Shown: one piece after another, positions 24,231 to 34,996 of the stretch | Position numbering within the stretch: the stretch's first letter is position 1 | How the letters are laid out: every line of letters starts with the position of its first letter | NCBI RefSeq assembly: GCF_021869535.1 | Contig: NW_026262679.1 | Coordinates: 59,582,001 to 59,646,000 of the forward strand | From: Mytilus californianus | Lineage: Eukaryota | Direction of reading: 5' to 3' | DNA length: 64,000 nucleotides | The notes under the pieces: generated by a model | What the model was told of the DNA's origin: nothing | The model's database searches: none | Seen by the model: only the letters and a program-made list of their open reading frames with translations | Position numbers and translations under genes: made by a program

Positions 24231-24759
24231 CTGTCGTCATTCACCATAAAATTGTCACAAAATTAGACAAATATATAGATGTCACTGCATAGTGAATATA
24301 ATTATCATTTACAACGGACAGATAACGGCTGATCTGCTCGTTATACCGTTAAAATAGCATCATACATCATGTATTGTGTTATAACCGTAAATAAGACCGA
24401 GTTGGGAAGGGCATTTCTCGACAATTGAGAGTTATATTTTATATAGCCTACCTGATCAATTAGTTGAAGGGCACAGGACGCTGATCATACGGATGAGCCA
24501 CAATCTCACAGCAGTACGATTTCGAATCCTGCTGATGAACATATAAAACTCATCAATGATATTTTGCTTATACTATGCATTAAATGCTTGATTTTGTTTA
24601 TTAAATCAACCTATCAATAGTTTTGATAACTCAACAAATTTTAACTTTTAAACAAAGTAATGGTTGAATAAGGCAAGATAAGAGAGGCCATAAATCAGAC
24701 ATCAACAACAATGCAAGCGACATTCTTTACTAGCATTTTAACCAGCATGATCATTCAAT

Positions 24760-25563
24760 TCTTTCTATGTGAATTAGGTATTGACAATTCACTTGGAAAC
24801 CCAACATATACACAAACGACAATTAGCAAGGAGGAAATTCTGGATTATTTAATTTATATGAGGCTTACTTCATTCAGGAACTTCTTAAGAAGACAAAAAT
24901 TAGAAAGAAGCTAGCAGTATCCTTTAACCTTACTTTCCGCTATATAGATGATGTTCTATCACTAAATAATTCAAAATTTTGTGACTATGTTGAACGCATC
25001 TATCCCATCGAACTTGATATAAAGGATACAACAGATACAGTTAAGTCGGCCTCATACCTTAACCTACATCTAGAAATTGAAAATGTGGGTCGCTTTAAAA
25101 CAAAGCTTTACTACAAAAGAGATGATTTCAGCTTCCCAATTGTGAACTTTCTATTTCTATGTAGCAACATTCCAGCAGCGCCTGCATACGGAGTATATAT
25201 CTCCCAGATGATACGATATTCCAGCGCTTGTCTTTCCTATAATGATTTCCTTGATAGAGGGTTGCTGCTCACGAGGAAGCTATTAAACCAAGAGTTCCAA
25301 GTGGTAAAGTTAAAATCATTCATTCGTCAATTTTATGGACCTCATCACGAGTTGGTTGACCGTTATGGAATATCCGTTTCACAGATGATAACGGATATGT
25401 TCCAATTGTCGTAACTACAATCCCGTTCCCTTTTCTCCGAATGTGACCTACCGAATAAGACTTACCACCGGATTTGTACTAGCATGAGCAACACGGTGAG
25501 TGCCAAATGTAGATCAGGATCTGTTTACCCTTCCGGAGCACCTGAGATGGCGGGGTCGTGTTG
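24760..25563 (+). mobile_element. Penelope-like retroelement RT fragment, internally deleted, with 3' tail
   Basis: ELGIDNSLGNPTYTQTTISKEEIL jumps at ~24846 to ...SFNLTFRYIDDVLSLNNSKFCDYVERIYPIELDIKDTTDT..SASYLNLHLEI...KRDDFSFPIVNF..LCSNIPAAPAYGVYISQMIRY. The RT YIDD motif is near 24943. Confidence 0.85.
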
Positions 25564-25784
25564 TTCATTCTTTAGTTTTCTTTGTTGTGTTTTGTGTACT
25601 GTTGTTTGTCCGATGGCCATGGCGTTGTCAGTTCATTTTCGACTTATGAGATTGAATGTCCCTTTAGTCTCTCTAAGCAAGTTTTGCTAGACAAAAGTAT
25701 CTGAAACTAAATTGATATGAGTCCGTATCAACAACAGTTAAGATAGGGTCAGGTAGTTTTTATGTATTTGATTAAATGATATAC

Positions 25785-26151
25785 CTTTCAGGTTTTGGAG
25801 CAGTTCCTCGCTAGAATTATTTTCTAACATCTTTATCTCAAATCCTAGTTGCTCGAACAGTTTCTTCATATTCTTACAGTCTAGGTCAGCAAATGGACGC
25901 TCGCTTTGCGCATCAAACTTACAATTAATTATGAATATGGCATATCCAATCTTACGACCGGTGAATTGGTAGCTATTACTGTTTCTCGTGTCTGATGAAA
26001 ATCTAGTGGTGTTTAAGTGTGCGTTTAGTTCCCTTTGCCTTGATGAAAAGCCGTAATTGTCGTTAAATTCTCCGGACGGGATTGAGGACCTGATGTAATC
26101 CTCATTTGTCCCAGAGATACTCTCTGGTTTTACTATGAAAGCCTGTTTCAT
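25785..26151 (-). CDS. Caspase-3/7-like protease, coding exon 1 (short prodomain and start of p20)
   Basis: ORF 25738..26151 reads MKQAF...GYAIFIINCKFDAQSERPFADLDCKNMKKLFEQLGFEI...LQNLK, matching the caspase N-terminal pattern (IIN..F....R.G...D...L...F..LGF.V). A phase-1 GT donor (AAAG|gtatat) lies at 25785/25784. An AG acceptor lies 1 nt before the ATG (tgtag|A ATG), so an upstream exon is likely. Confidence 0.9.
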
Positions 26152-26369
26152 TCTACAATAGAAATTGTCAAAAGTATATCATTAGGAGCAATATCTAGTT
26201 ATGATACAGCTGATAGATATTTTTAATGATAATTATTATGTAACGTGTAGTGGAATAATGTAAGATAACCCACATAAAGGGCAATTGACCTAGAAAAAAA
26301 GTTTCATCCTTTCCTCCCGAATTATGTTTTTCTATAAATGACAAATGAAAATTGGTGCAAATGTTTTTT

Positions 26370-26706
26370 TTTACACTATCAAAGATGCGCCAGACGCTCG
26401 GTTTGTCTCATAATACTCACCAATGCTACTCTAATAACAAACAAAATAGAAGGCAAAACCAAACACGAAGTCGAAGAGCATTGCAAGCCAAACAATTTCC
26501 AAAATACAGCTAAGACCATCTTTGCCTGGCAGTATCGAATAATTCCAATTTTTATACAAAATATCTACAGAAAAAAAATTATCATTGATATTTCATGTCA
26601 ACACAAAGTGCTTGCTACTGGGGTCGTGATATCATCAGGAACATAATGTCCAACCCCGTGGCATTAAATATTGACTCAGGGGTTGTAAAAACTCCTCAAA
26701 GATACC
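26370..26706 (-). mobile_element. Retrozyme-like monomer, inverted, decayed hammerhead
   Basis: The reverse complement carries ...CACTTTGTGTTGACATGAAATATCAATGAT... and ...TTGGTGAGTATTATGAGACAAACCGAGCGTCTGGCG, homologous to 46510-46835. A further decayed head lies at ~39613-39700 (plus). Confidence 0.55.
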
Positions 26707-27059
26707 ATGCTTATGGGTTTTACTCATTGTTGACGGCCGTACGGTTGCCTATGATTGTTTACATCCACTTCATTTGAACTTTGGTGGATAGGTGTCTCAT
26801 TGGCAATCCTACCACATCTCCTTATTTTTATATTATAATTTGTTACGTTATTTTCAAGCAACAGTAAAATTATTAGTGACATTCGCAGCCTTCGGCTAAA
26901 TATTAAGTACGATTTTGATAGGTTTGATCCAGTTCCAAATAAAGAATATTATTACACAAATGGTAAAATTATTTAATGACATTATTCCCATACATGAAAT
27001 AATCAAAATTAAAATTTTTCTTTTTTTCAAAAACTTGATTTGCCGATTATTTTTCATAT

Positions 27060-28160
27060 GATCTGTTGGAATGTTGCTACATATAATTAGAAAATTCGCC
27101 AAATGGATGCGGAAATCATCACGTTAGTCGTAAATTTTGTTCTCTCAACCGATCCTCATTGTCAATTTCGAGATGAAAGTTAATATAATAGGCAGACTGT
27201 CCCAGCATAGGGGAAGGGTTGAACACTGACAAACATGTTTAACTCCGCCACATTCTTTATGAGTCTGTCCCAAGTCAGGACCTATAGTTCTGTGGTTGTC
27301 ATTGCGCAGATATAACATATTTGTTTTAACGTAAATTGTGTTGTTATTTACTAGACCGTCAGTTTTCTCGTTTGAATTTTTTCTACATTTTTCATGTGGC
27401 CTTTTATAGCCGATTATACGTTATGAGTTTTTCTCATTGTTGAAGTTCGTACGGCGGCCTATGATTGCTTATATCCACATCATTTGAACTCATTGGCAAT
27501 CATACCACATCTCCTTATTTTTATATTAAAAGTATCTATTGTATCCTTTATTTCAAATCTGATGGAATAGATGCGTTTGATTCTGAATTGTTTAGTGAGA
27601 GGACACCATCTATATAGCTCAACGTGGAGTTAAAGAAAAAGGCAAACTTCATTATATTCTTCCTTAGAAGCTGTAATGTTCAAACTTACTCTACCCATCG
27701 TGCGGTGCTTACATATCTAAATTGATACCTAACGCTGGTGCATGTTTACACTGTACAGACCTCAATAGCAGAGGTGTGCTCAATATACAAAAACTGGTAG
27801 AACAGAGAAATGTAAAAGAACGATTGAAATCGACACTACCAGAGTTTTATCGTCACCATCGGAAATTGGCTGACCAAAACGATTTGTCTGTGTCTAAATT
27901 CACTAGTGACATGTTTTTTGCAGTTTTAAATCTTAAGATACAAGAATAGATCTGTAATTTTATCGATTTTTTCCTATTGCGAATGTGACATTTAGAATGA
28001 GTATGGATTCGCATGCCGGGTGATACAAGCACGGCAAGGGACGTTTACCCGTCTTGCTCTGTTATGAGTTCATGCTATTCACTCAGTTTTTGTTTGTTAC
28101 CTTGATTTGTCTTTATCGACTTATGTGATTTGAACATCGTAAACAACCGGTGCCCTTATT
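27060..28160. mobile_element. Cluster of older Penelope-like RT remnants (27060-27180 minus, 27530-27680 minus, 27720-28160 plus)
   Basis: Remnant motifs LHLEIDNEDRL..TKF..RDDF...NFLIICSNIP, YIDGVLSLNNS, and QKLVEQ...ERLKSTLPEFYRHHRKLAD. Further 3'-tail fragments lie at ~3940-4230 (minus), 18320-18490 (minus), 43470-43630 (minus), 47510-47700 (plus) and 56020-56150 (plus). Confidence 0.65.
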
Positions 28161-29217
28161 TACCAACGGCATTAATCACCTAATTGCGTTAACTTCTAAC
28201 ATAAAATTTCTGATTAGGCAGAAAAAAAATGTGTTATACAGATTTACTTATCTTCTTATGAAATTAAATGTATGATGCAACATTGTTATATGCTTTGAAA
28301 ACGTCATTTACCTTCTAACAAGCTTCATTATACTGGAATCGTCGAACTGGCTTTCTGTAAAAACAGATGATATATGGTTAACATTTTGATTAAAAAAAAA
28401 CTTTAACAAAGTATGTTTGCATCATATCCTATGGGATTAACTTATTGTTGAGGGTCGTATGGTGGTTTATGATTGTGTAAATTCCTAGCGGATTGTTGTC
28501 TCATTAGCAATCATACCACGTTTTCTGATTTTTGTATTACATTTCCTATATCCTACCTTCTATATATTTCAATAGAATTCTGCGGTGTCACATGCTGACT
28601 GTGTGTACTAGTATCTTGAAAATACACGACGATACAAGAGTTATCGTTCATGTGATTCTACGATATAAGATATGTAAAATATTCAAAGTTAGTAAATGTA
28701 TTCATCATAGATACAGATACTCATGTTTTTTTTTCAAAGTAACAGACAGTATGTATGATATAAATATTACATAGTCCATCAGTGGCCTAAAATTTTATAT
28801 ATACGCTCAAAAGTTTAATATCGGGACTCGACATGAGCTCTCATCCAATATACAATTTACTGACCGTGTATATGTTACAGGGAATTTGTAAAATCAGGGA
28901 TTTTGTAAAATCACTGAAATTTCAGGGAATTTGTAAAATCACTGAACTGATTAGTGATTTTATAAAATCCCTGATTTTGACCAGTGATTTTACAAAATCC
29001 CTGAAATAATTAAGATCTGTTTTACAGATTCACTGATTGTTTTCAGGGAATTTGTAAAAATAATTTCATTCTTATTGATTGAAAATTTCTGTGAAAAAAG
29101 CCTACAGCAGTAACACTCAATAAGTTTGAGGTTAATCTGGCCTTTATTTTAATACTAAGTGAGCAGTTTTCATGCACTAAACAACTGACATACTGTAGAA
29201 AAATGTCTCAGGCATAG

Positions 29218-32196
29218 ATGTCTTTAAATCAAGAGCAAACATACACACAAAAGTTACTCCAAATAGTTGAGGGAAAATTAAAGTGCAACATATGGAACCG
29301 GGAAAAATATGATGAAATTTTGGAACTTATTGTCAAAGAGCCACAGAAAGAAGACAAAACAAACTCTTATTGCTACCTAGTTAGAAAGTAAGTTACTGTT
29401 TATTATAGTTTTTTCTGTAATTACTGTAAAAATAAAGTAAAAAAAATATTTCATTTTTTTATGATAATCAAATATAAAATTTTAAACGGAAGATTAGGTT
29501 GATTGCTGTCATAAGAGAAGAAAAACACATATGTAAGGAATAAGAAATTGAGTGGGTTTGGTTATTTGATCAAGTGGCAAATATTACAGTCATGCCTATC
29601 AGGGCAAGAGCATCTTATTGTGACATGAAAATTGATATATAAAAAGCAAATAAGTGTTGTATTATTTATTTGCTGACTAGAAAATAACATTTATATTCAC
29701 AAAATGGTTATTTGATCCAGTGGCAAATATTACAGTCATGCCTATCAGGGCAAGAGCACCTTATTGTGACATGAAAATTGATATATAAAAAGCAAATAAG
29801 TGTTGTATTATTTATTTGCTGACTAGAAAATAACATTTATATTCACAAAATGGTTATTTGATCAAGTGGCAAATATTACAGTCATGCCTATCAGGGCAAG
29901 AGCATCTTATTGTGACATGAAAATTGATATATAAAAAGCAAATAAGTGTTGTATTATTTATTTGCTGACTAGAAAATAACATTTATATTCACAAAATGGT
30001 TATTTGATCCAGTGGCAAATATTACAGTCATGCCTATCAGGGCAAGAGCATCTTATTGTGACATGAAAATTGATATATAAAAAGCAAATAAGTGTTGTAT
30101 TATTTATTTGCTGACTAGAAAATAACATTTATATTCACAAAATGGTTATTTGATCCAGTGGCAAATATTACATTCATGCCTATCAGGGCAAGAGCATCTT
30201 ATTGTGACATGAAAATTGATATATAAAAAGCAAATAAGTGTTGTATTATTTATTTGCTGACTAGAAAATAACATTTATATTCACAAAATGGTTATTTGAT
30301 CCAGTGGCAAATATTACATTCATGCCTATCAGGGCAAGAGCATCTTATTTTGACATGAAAATTGATATATAAAAAGCAAATAAGTGTTGTATTATTTATT
30401 TGCTGACTAGAAAATAACATTTATATTCACAAAATGATAATAAAAAAAGACAACAGAGAATATAGGTAAGAATACGTACTTGCATGTCAACGTTTTACTT
30501 ACTTTGGTCATATCTCAAATACATGTATTCTATCACAAAGTGATAAAACTCTAAATAAATTTCTAAACTTTCTCATCTCTTTTAATCCAAATAAAAGTAC
30601 AGTAAATATTTTGTTTAATGTAGGTATGAAGTTCTTCAATGTGGAGATGTGAAAAAAATCGTAAAAAACGGTATTCGTCAGATGAAGATGTAAAATATTA
30701 TGTATGTCTTGAAGACATGTACAGCATAGTGCAGAAAATTCACATATCAATAGGTCATGGTGGTAGGGATAAAATGGTAAAGGAGGCAAATAGAAAGTAT
30801 GCAAATGTTTCATACGAAGCTTTATAACTTTACAAGGAACTTTGCGAGGAATGCCAACTTAAAAAACGTAGAACTGCTAGTAAAGGCATTGTCGTTAAGC
30901 CTATAATAAGCAAAGAGTTCAACTCCCGAGGACAGGTTGATTTGATAGACATGCAATCATTTAAATACAATGACTATAGATTTTTAATGGTATACCAAGA
31001 TCATTTAACAAAATTTGTAATTTTACGCCCACTTACATCAAAGCGTGCATATGAAGTAGCAATGCAAATACTTGATATCTTCCTACTTTTCGGAGCTCCA
31101 AACATCCTCCAAAGTGATAATGGTGCCGAATTCACTGCAAACATCATTAGTGAGCTTAAAAACTTATGGCCGGAATGTAAAATTGTTCATGGTAAACCTC
31201 GACACCCCCAGAGTCAGGGCAGCGTTGAGCGAGCTAATGCTGATGTCAAGGATATGGTTATCACATGGATGCGAGATAATCATTGTAAAGACTGGCCTGT
31301 CGGTGTCAAATTTGTACAGTTTGAGAAAAACAGAAGTCATCATTCAGGCATAAACAGAGCTCCCTACAAAGCTATGTTTGGGGTAGACGCAAGAGTTGGG
31401 CTAACATCATCCTCACTCCCTGATGAACTTATAGCTAAAATTGACAGCGAAAAACATTTGTCAGATTTAGCAAACATGGAGCTCAATATAAATACTGATG
31501 ACGAAAACATATGTACAACTGATGATGAAGCAATGGAGATTTCTGAGCCACAACCTACTGAACCAAAAACTGACATGTGTGTTGTATGTGAAGCAACTGC
31601 ATTGAATGCAACTTCTTTGTTCTTCTTGTAACAAAACTGTACATGCTTTATGTGGAAAATCTATCATAACAGAAGACTTTCAGTCAAAAGTAATTTGCTT
31701 TCTGTGTGATACAGAAACGGTCATTGAAAAAGAACGTGCAAACGCTTCCGAGTCAATGGTAAAACAAGCTAATCGTATGCTTAGTCGGTCTAATAGAGTT
31801 TTAGAAGAAGTAGACATTGGATGTAATATTATCATTCCTATCCCAGTCGTTGATCGCGGAAAAGGTGATCCCCGAAATATAATGGCTATTGTCCATGGAA
31901 AGTCAGAGAAAGGCTATCGTCTTGCTACCAAGCATGGTATTCTGTTAGGGTCATACACAAGAAACCAGTTTGAACCCACTGATTCCTTGTTTTTGAGTCC
32001 ACCAGCTGTTTCAATTGAAAACTTTATATCTATTCGACAAGCTGTTAAACTGTCTTCCATTTGTGATGGACAAGGATTTTTAAAATGTCGATGTTCTGGA
32101 AAGAATAAATGTGAACAAAATAGGTGTGCCTGTAGAAAATCAGGACAATTATGTAATAGTATATGTCACCCAAACTTGTCATGCAAAAATAAGTAA
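29218..32196 (+). pseudogene. Transposase gene of the Ginger-like element: exon 1 29218-29387, exon 2 30624-32196
   Basis: Exon 1 is MSLNQEQ...YLVR, followed by AA|gtaagt; the acceptor is tgtag|G, giving K-YEVLQCGDV. Domains: HHCC (H-ISIG-H...CEEC), DDE (QVDLID, QSDNGAEF, QGSVERAN), C4HC3 finger and C-terminal CxC. Lesions: a frameshift in the A-run near 30665, TAA at 30825-30827, and a frameshift near 31615. Confidence 0.85.
29559..30434 (+). repeat. Tandem repeat, 6 x 146 bp, inside the transposase intron
   Basis: Units start (TGGTTATTTGATC) at 29559, 29705, 29851, 29997, 30143 and 30289, with only a few substitutions between them. Confidence 0.97.
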
Positions 32197-34084
32197 ATAG
32201 TGGTCTAAATATATGTTTATATGCCTTTAAGTCATTATCATTATATATTAGTTTTAGCTCATAGTATCTATTAAACAAATGCATTTCAAAATCATTAGTC
32301 TATTTTTATATTAAGAAAAACACATTTCTAATAGCAAGTTAAACTTGTAATCAGGGATTTTACAAAATACCTAGCTTTATTTTCAGTGATTTTGTAAACT
32401 CCCTAACAATTTCAGGGATTTTACAAAACCACTGAAACTGTTAGTGATTTTACAAAATCACTAATTAGTCCAGTGATTTTACAAAATCCTTGATTTTACA
32501 AATTCCCTGTAACATATATACCATATTAGGCAATTCTAGTCTGTGTCATATATATTATTATTTGTAGTACGAATTATTCTACCGGTTTGTCTATTATGAA
32601 TAATAGAAAAAAAGCAGTAGGGGCCATTTAGACCATATTTGGCTACAATATTTGGTCACTCCATAGATAATCTTAAGATTTCACGAATCTTAATATGTTC
32701 AGTCAGTAAAAATAAGACATGTCATAAATGAAATGATTTTCTTCTGAATTTTCTGTCCATAGTTGGGGTTTAGGTTATGTGTTTTGTGCGATTTGGCAGT
32801 TTAATCATTTTATAGGGTCTACTCGTTCGGTCACGTTAATAAAACTAACTGTGTTTATCGATTGAAGAACATTAGAATTTGTAATGAGTAATGAAGGTGA
32901 ACCAGATATCTCGTTGACAACCGTTTAAACGCTGTAAACCAACAGAGTAAAGAAAATGAGGCAATTATTGGTTCTAAAGTGACTCTGAGAAGCGTATCAG
33001 GGTGTTAACCAGTTGATGAAATCCCAGGTTAAGAAGTTTAAAACAGACGCTATCTATCAATGGAAATATGACAGTACTAAGATCCAATTTAACTTTAACG
33101 CTGAAAATCTCGAGGATCTTGTTCTGACATTATGGGCCATAGACAAAGAGAAAGAAGATTATGCACGAGATTTGTTATCATCTACCGAAGATAGAATGAA
33201 TCATCGTAACAAGATCATTTAAACAGCTGACACCCCCCAGGGAGGTTGAGATATCGCTAGGCAATATGACGCTAATCCTGTTACAAGGGATTCTGAGGAT
33301 AAAACGAAAATAATCCGAGCTGATAATAGATATGTTCACAAGAAAAAAGGGAAGGCTTAGTTAGGCCAACAATCAGTCTCTTTTAGGTTAGGCTCCAAAT
33401 TTCGTTCCGCAGTACTTTCGTGGGCCTCAGCAACCTTTGTTCAACGGAATTCCCTTTTAACAAGGTTTCAATGCTGGAAAAATGCAGAAGGGACAATGCT
33501 CCTGTTGTAGGTCCTACACACACTACCGGTCAAGCTGTCCTTACGTCAACAGTAGTAAACCAGCCACCCAATCCAGACCTCAATCAATTTCTGAAAAATG
33601 AGTATTCTTTTCATTAACTTGAACTTTCACCTATAGATAATTATATTTATTATAATTTGACCAATGATTATTTTGAATATGAACTAGGTCAATCTGATAT
33701 AATTTGTGAGATTAAACCTAGCAAAATCAATCAATTTTTGATAGATATTGGTGAGCCTAAATTTATGATAAATAATATACATGATAAAGGAGATGGTTAT
33801 ATTTTACTTTTCTATTCAAATCCAATATCGATTTGGTTGTCTAATAATTTATTTTCTTTGACAAATGTAGATTTTGTTAGATCGGCTAATACAGATTTAG
33901 TAGCTAGAGGTTTAATTGTAGAGACGTCAGATATTCCCTTTGTTGTTAGTCCATTAACTATTTCAGTTCAGTCAAACAGTAAAAGACGTTTAATATTAGA
34001 TTTGAGAGAATTTAACAGACAATTATGGAAGCAGAGTGTACAATTGGAATTTATGCGTATTCCAAAACATTATATTCTTCCAAT

Positions 34085-34535
34085 TCATATGGGTCAATAT
34101 CCCTAATGCGCCCCAAAATGAGGTACTCAACTATGAATAGAAATAAAAAAAAACCTGTATGCAATGATGTTGGACATGATGCTCTTTAAGTTATTGACTG
34201 AGCTTAGCCATTTGTCCTTTTTTGAAGAGCAGAGGACTGTACAATAAAGATGTAAAAACTTTAGAGCTGTTAAATGTTTGTAAAGAACTGAATTTTCAGA
34301 GAATTTAACTGACTTTTCACTTGCTGAAGCGGCATCACGTAGGGCCTCTCGGGGTTGCCCAATTTTTTGAAAAAATTGATCTCACTTCATGCCTCGAAAA
34401 TTTAACCACATTTTTGAAAATTTCTAAGCTTCGAAACAAGCTATCAGACATATCCAAGTTTACGATATGGACAGAGGAATGGACGAAAAGACTACCATTG
34501 TGGCCTACCTGAAATGAATTTACCATCTTCACCCA
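34085..34535. other. Unclassified ~450-bp insertion splitting the DIRS RT
   Basis: RT homology stops after ...PKHYILP (~34082) and resumes at (F)MFKYDVH (~34536). Confidence 0.55.
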
Positions 34536-34648
34536 TTTATGTTTAAGTATGACGTACATTCTGCAATCACCATGTCGATATTTTCCCGCCTCTTACTAAA
34601 TATCTAGGATGTGCATGGGAATTTAACGGTGTTAAAATATTTCAAATA

Positions 34649-34996
34649 TTAAAATTGAGAATGGAAATGGAGAATGTGTCAAAGAGACAACAACCCGACC
34701 ATAGAGCAGACAACAGCCGAAGGCCACCAATGGGTCTTCAATGCAGCGAGAAACTCCCGCACCCGGAGGCGTCCTTCAGCTGGCCCCTAAACAAATATGT
34801 ATACTAGTTCAGTGATAATGGACGTCATACTAAACTCCAAATTGTACACAAGAAACTAAAATTAAAAATGATACAAGACTAACAAAGGCCAGAGGCTCCT
34901 GACTTGGGACAGGCGCAAAAATGCGGCGGGGTTAAACATGTTTTTTGAGATCTCAACCCTCCCTCTATACCTCTAGCCAATGTAGAAAAAACAAAC
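34649..34996 (+). repeat. High-copy mussel-type interspersed repeat inserted in the DIRS RT
   Basis: TTAAAATTGAGAATGGAAATGG...GAGACAACAACCCGACC...AGCCAATGTAGAAAA is the reverse complement of 3157-3497. Partial copies lie at 6590-6665, 9400-9515, 9915-10020, 15575-15690 and 63645-63790. Confidence 0.85.

Larger units (their letters stand above)
28873..32514 (+). mobile_element. Ginger2/TDD-like (KRBA2/SCAND3-type integrase) DNA transposon, full length but inactivated
   Basis: Ends are TGTTACAGGGAATTTGTAAAATC... and ...GATTTTACAAATTCCCTGTAACA (inverted). TATA is duplicated at 28869-28872 and 32515-32518. The element encloses an rve-type integrase. TGT...ACA termini with short TSDs are established Ginger features. 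Confidence 0.88.

Noticed and set aside
29559-30434. Regular array as a CRISPR locus
   Set aside because: The units are contiguous near-identical 146-mers with no unique spacers, there are no cas genes, and the context is eukaryotic.
31072-31667. Alternative-frame and antisense ORFs over the integrase
   Set aside because: Shadows of the transposase coding sequence.
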